A model generated the notes under the pieces. That model had not been told where the DNA came from. It saw nothing but the letters and a program-made list of their open reading frames with translations, and did no database searches. Positions 62,946 through 64,000 of a stretch of 64,000 nucleotides of DNA are shown here, one piece after another (the first letter of the stretch is position 1; every line of letters starts with the position of its first letter). The stretch comes from Octopus bimaculoides (lineage: Eukaryota): assembly GCF_001194135.2 (NCBI RefSeq), contig NC_068996.1, positions 26,459,572-26,523,571 on the forward strand, read 5' to 3'. The position numbers were made by a program, and so were the translations under genes.

Positions 62946-62997
<52 letters not shown>

Positions 62998-63164
62998 GGG
63001 TGATGATGATGATGAAATCCAGTCACAAAGCTTTGGTTGGCTTAAAGCTCATTGAAGACACTTAATGTGTCACAGAGTAGGACTGAGCACAAAACTATGT
63101 GGTTGGGAAGCAAAATTCTCAACCACAAAGACATGCTAGCATCTCATAGCCATGCCTGCATTAT

Positions 63165-63830
63165 AGGGTTTCTTAAAATTACAAAGTAGATCTTGATCTA
63201 ATGACAGGATAACTCATACAATATTGGACAGTAAGGCTTATAAGGTTTTCTAAATTGCATTGATGTGAGGGAACAGTACTAGTCAATTATTAAATTTTCA
63301 AATTATCATTATTTTCTTCAGTTTAAATTTTAACTTCAGTGTCAAAGTTTTGTCAAAAACCACATTTCAAATATTGCAGTGATTATCCATGTTTTTTATT
63401 TGTTTGCTGATGTAGTGGGAGCATATTATTATTTAGTCCTTTTATTGACTGCCTTATTAGGCTTTAGAAAGCAGCCTCATAATAAATCACAGCATAATAA
63501 TAATGTTATTCAATCTTTAGATGCTATGGTGATTCAGCTAACTACTTTTGCGAATACAATCTCTTATTTTTACAAATTAGACTAGTTTCATCAATGTTAG
63601 CGTATTTATATATCAAAGAAATGAAATCTTCTTCAATAATTTTAATACAAATTCTTCAGCAATTTTATATCTTATTACATGATCACTTGTCTCATGCAAT
63701 TTATTATTATGAAGGAGGCTTTGGTCTTGAAATACTTCAAACCATCCTGCACTACTAGAAAATCTAGCGTATAGTTGAATGAATATCCTCTTCCCCCTAC
63801 TCCAACACCTCCTTATTGTTATCATTATTT
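63165..63830 (-). mobile_element. pogo/Tigger (CENP-B-like DDE) transposase remnant
   Basis: Minus-strand frames give FSSSAGWFEVF, NKLHE, NIDETSL, ANKKTWITAIFEMWF-like and VPSH segments typical of Tigger DDE_1. Confidence 0.7.
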
Positions 63831-63963
63831 GATATATATACATGATTAAATATTCTCGCTGTTGTTTCCGTTGTATAGAACATGGTTTATACACAATCTT
63901 TTGGGGGCTTTATATTCTATATAAAATAACAGAACTTTTCTATGGTTTCCATAATGTTACTTC

Positions 63964-64000
<37 letters not shown>

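Overview
This is AT-rich, gap-ridden (many N runs), repeat-dominated animal genomic DNA. The tRNA/CORE-type SINEs, RTE-tailed repeats and very dense microsatellites point to a cephalopod, most likely an Octopus draft assembly (inferred from repeat content, not from a search). I can identify no complete host gene, rRNA, true tRNA or CRISPR array; there are only a few weak exon candidates. Most listed ORFs are artefacts of N runs or microsatellites. Recognisable elements: many SINE copies from several families; decayed RTE and R4/Dong-like LINEs; Penelope-like elements (PLEs: RT and GIY-YIG fragments plus pseudo-LTRs); two near full-length mariner copies; remnants of hAT, Helitron, Merlin and pogo/Tigger; several MITEs and foldbacks; and a tandem LTR pair. 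The most notable signal is a set of minimal type I hammerhead-ribozyme motifs in several unrelated PLE-type repeats. Two stand out. (i) A tRNA-headed (Pol III) SINE-like module carries a hammerhead, sits next to a Penelope endonuclease fragment and occurs in inverted pairs. (ii) A hammerhead has a compensatory G3:C8 core swap and lies inside a 171-bp palindrome. All ribozyme calls were folded by eye and are untested.
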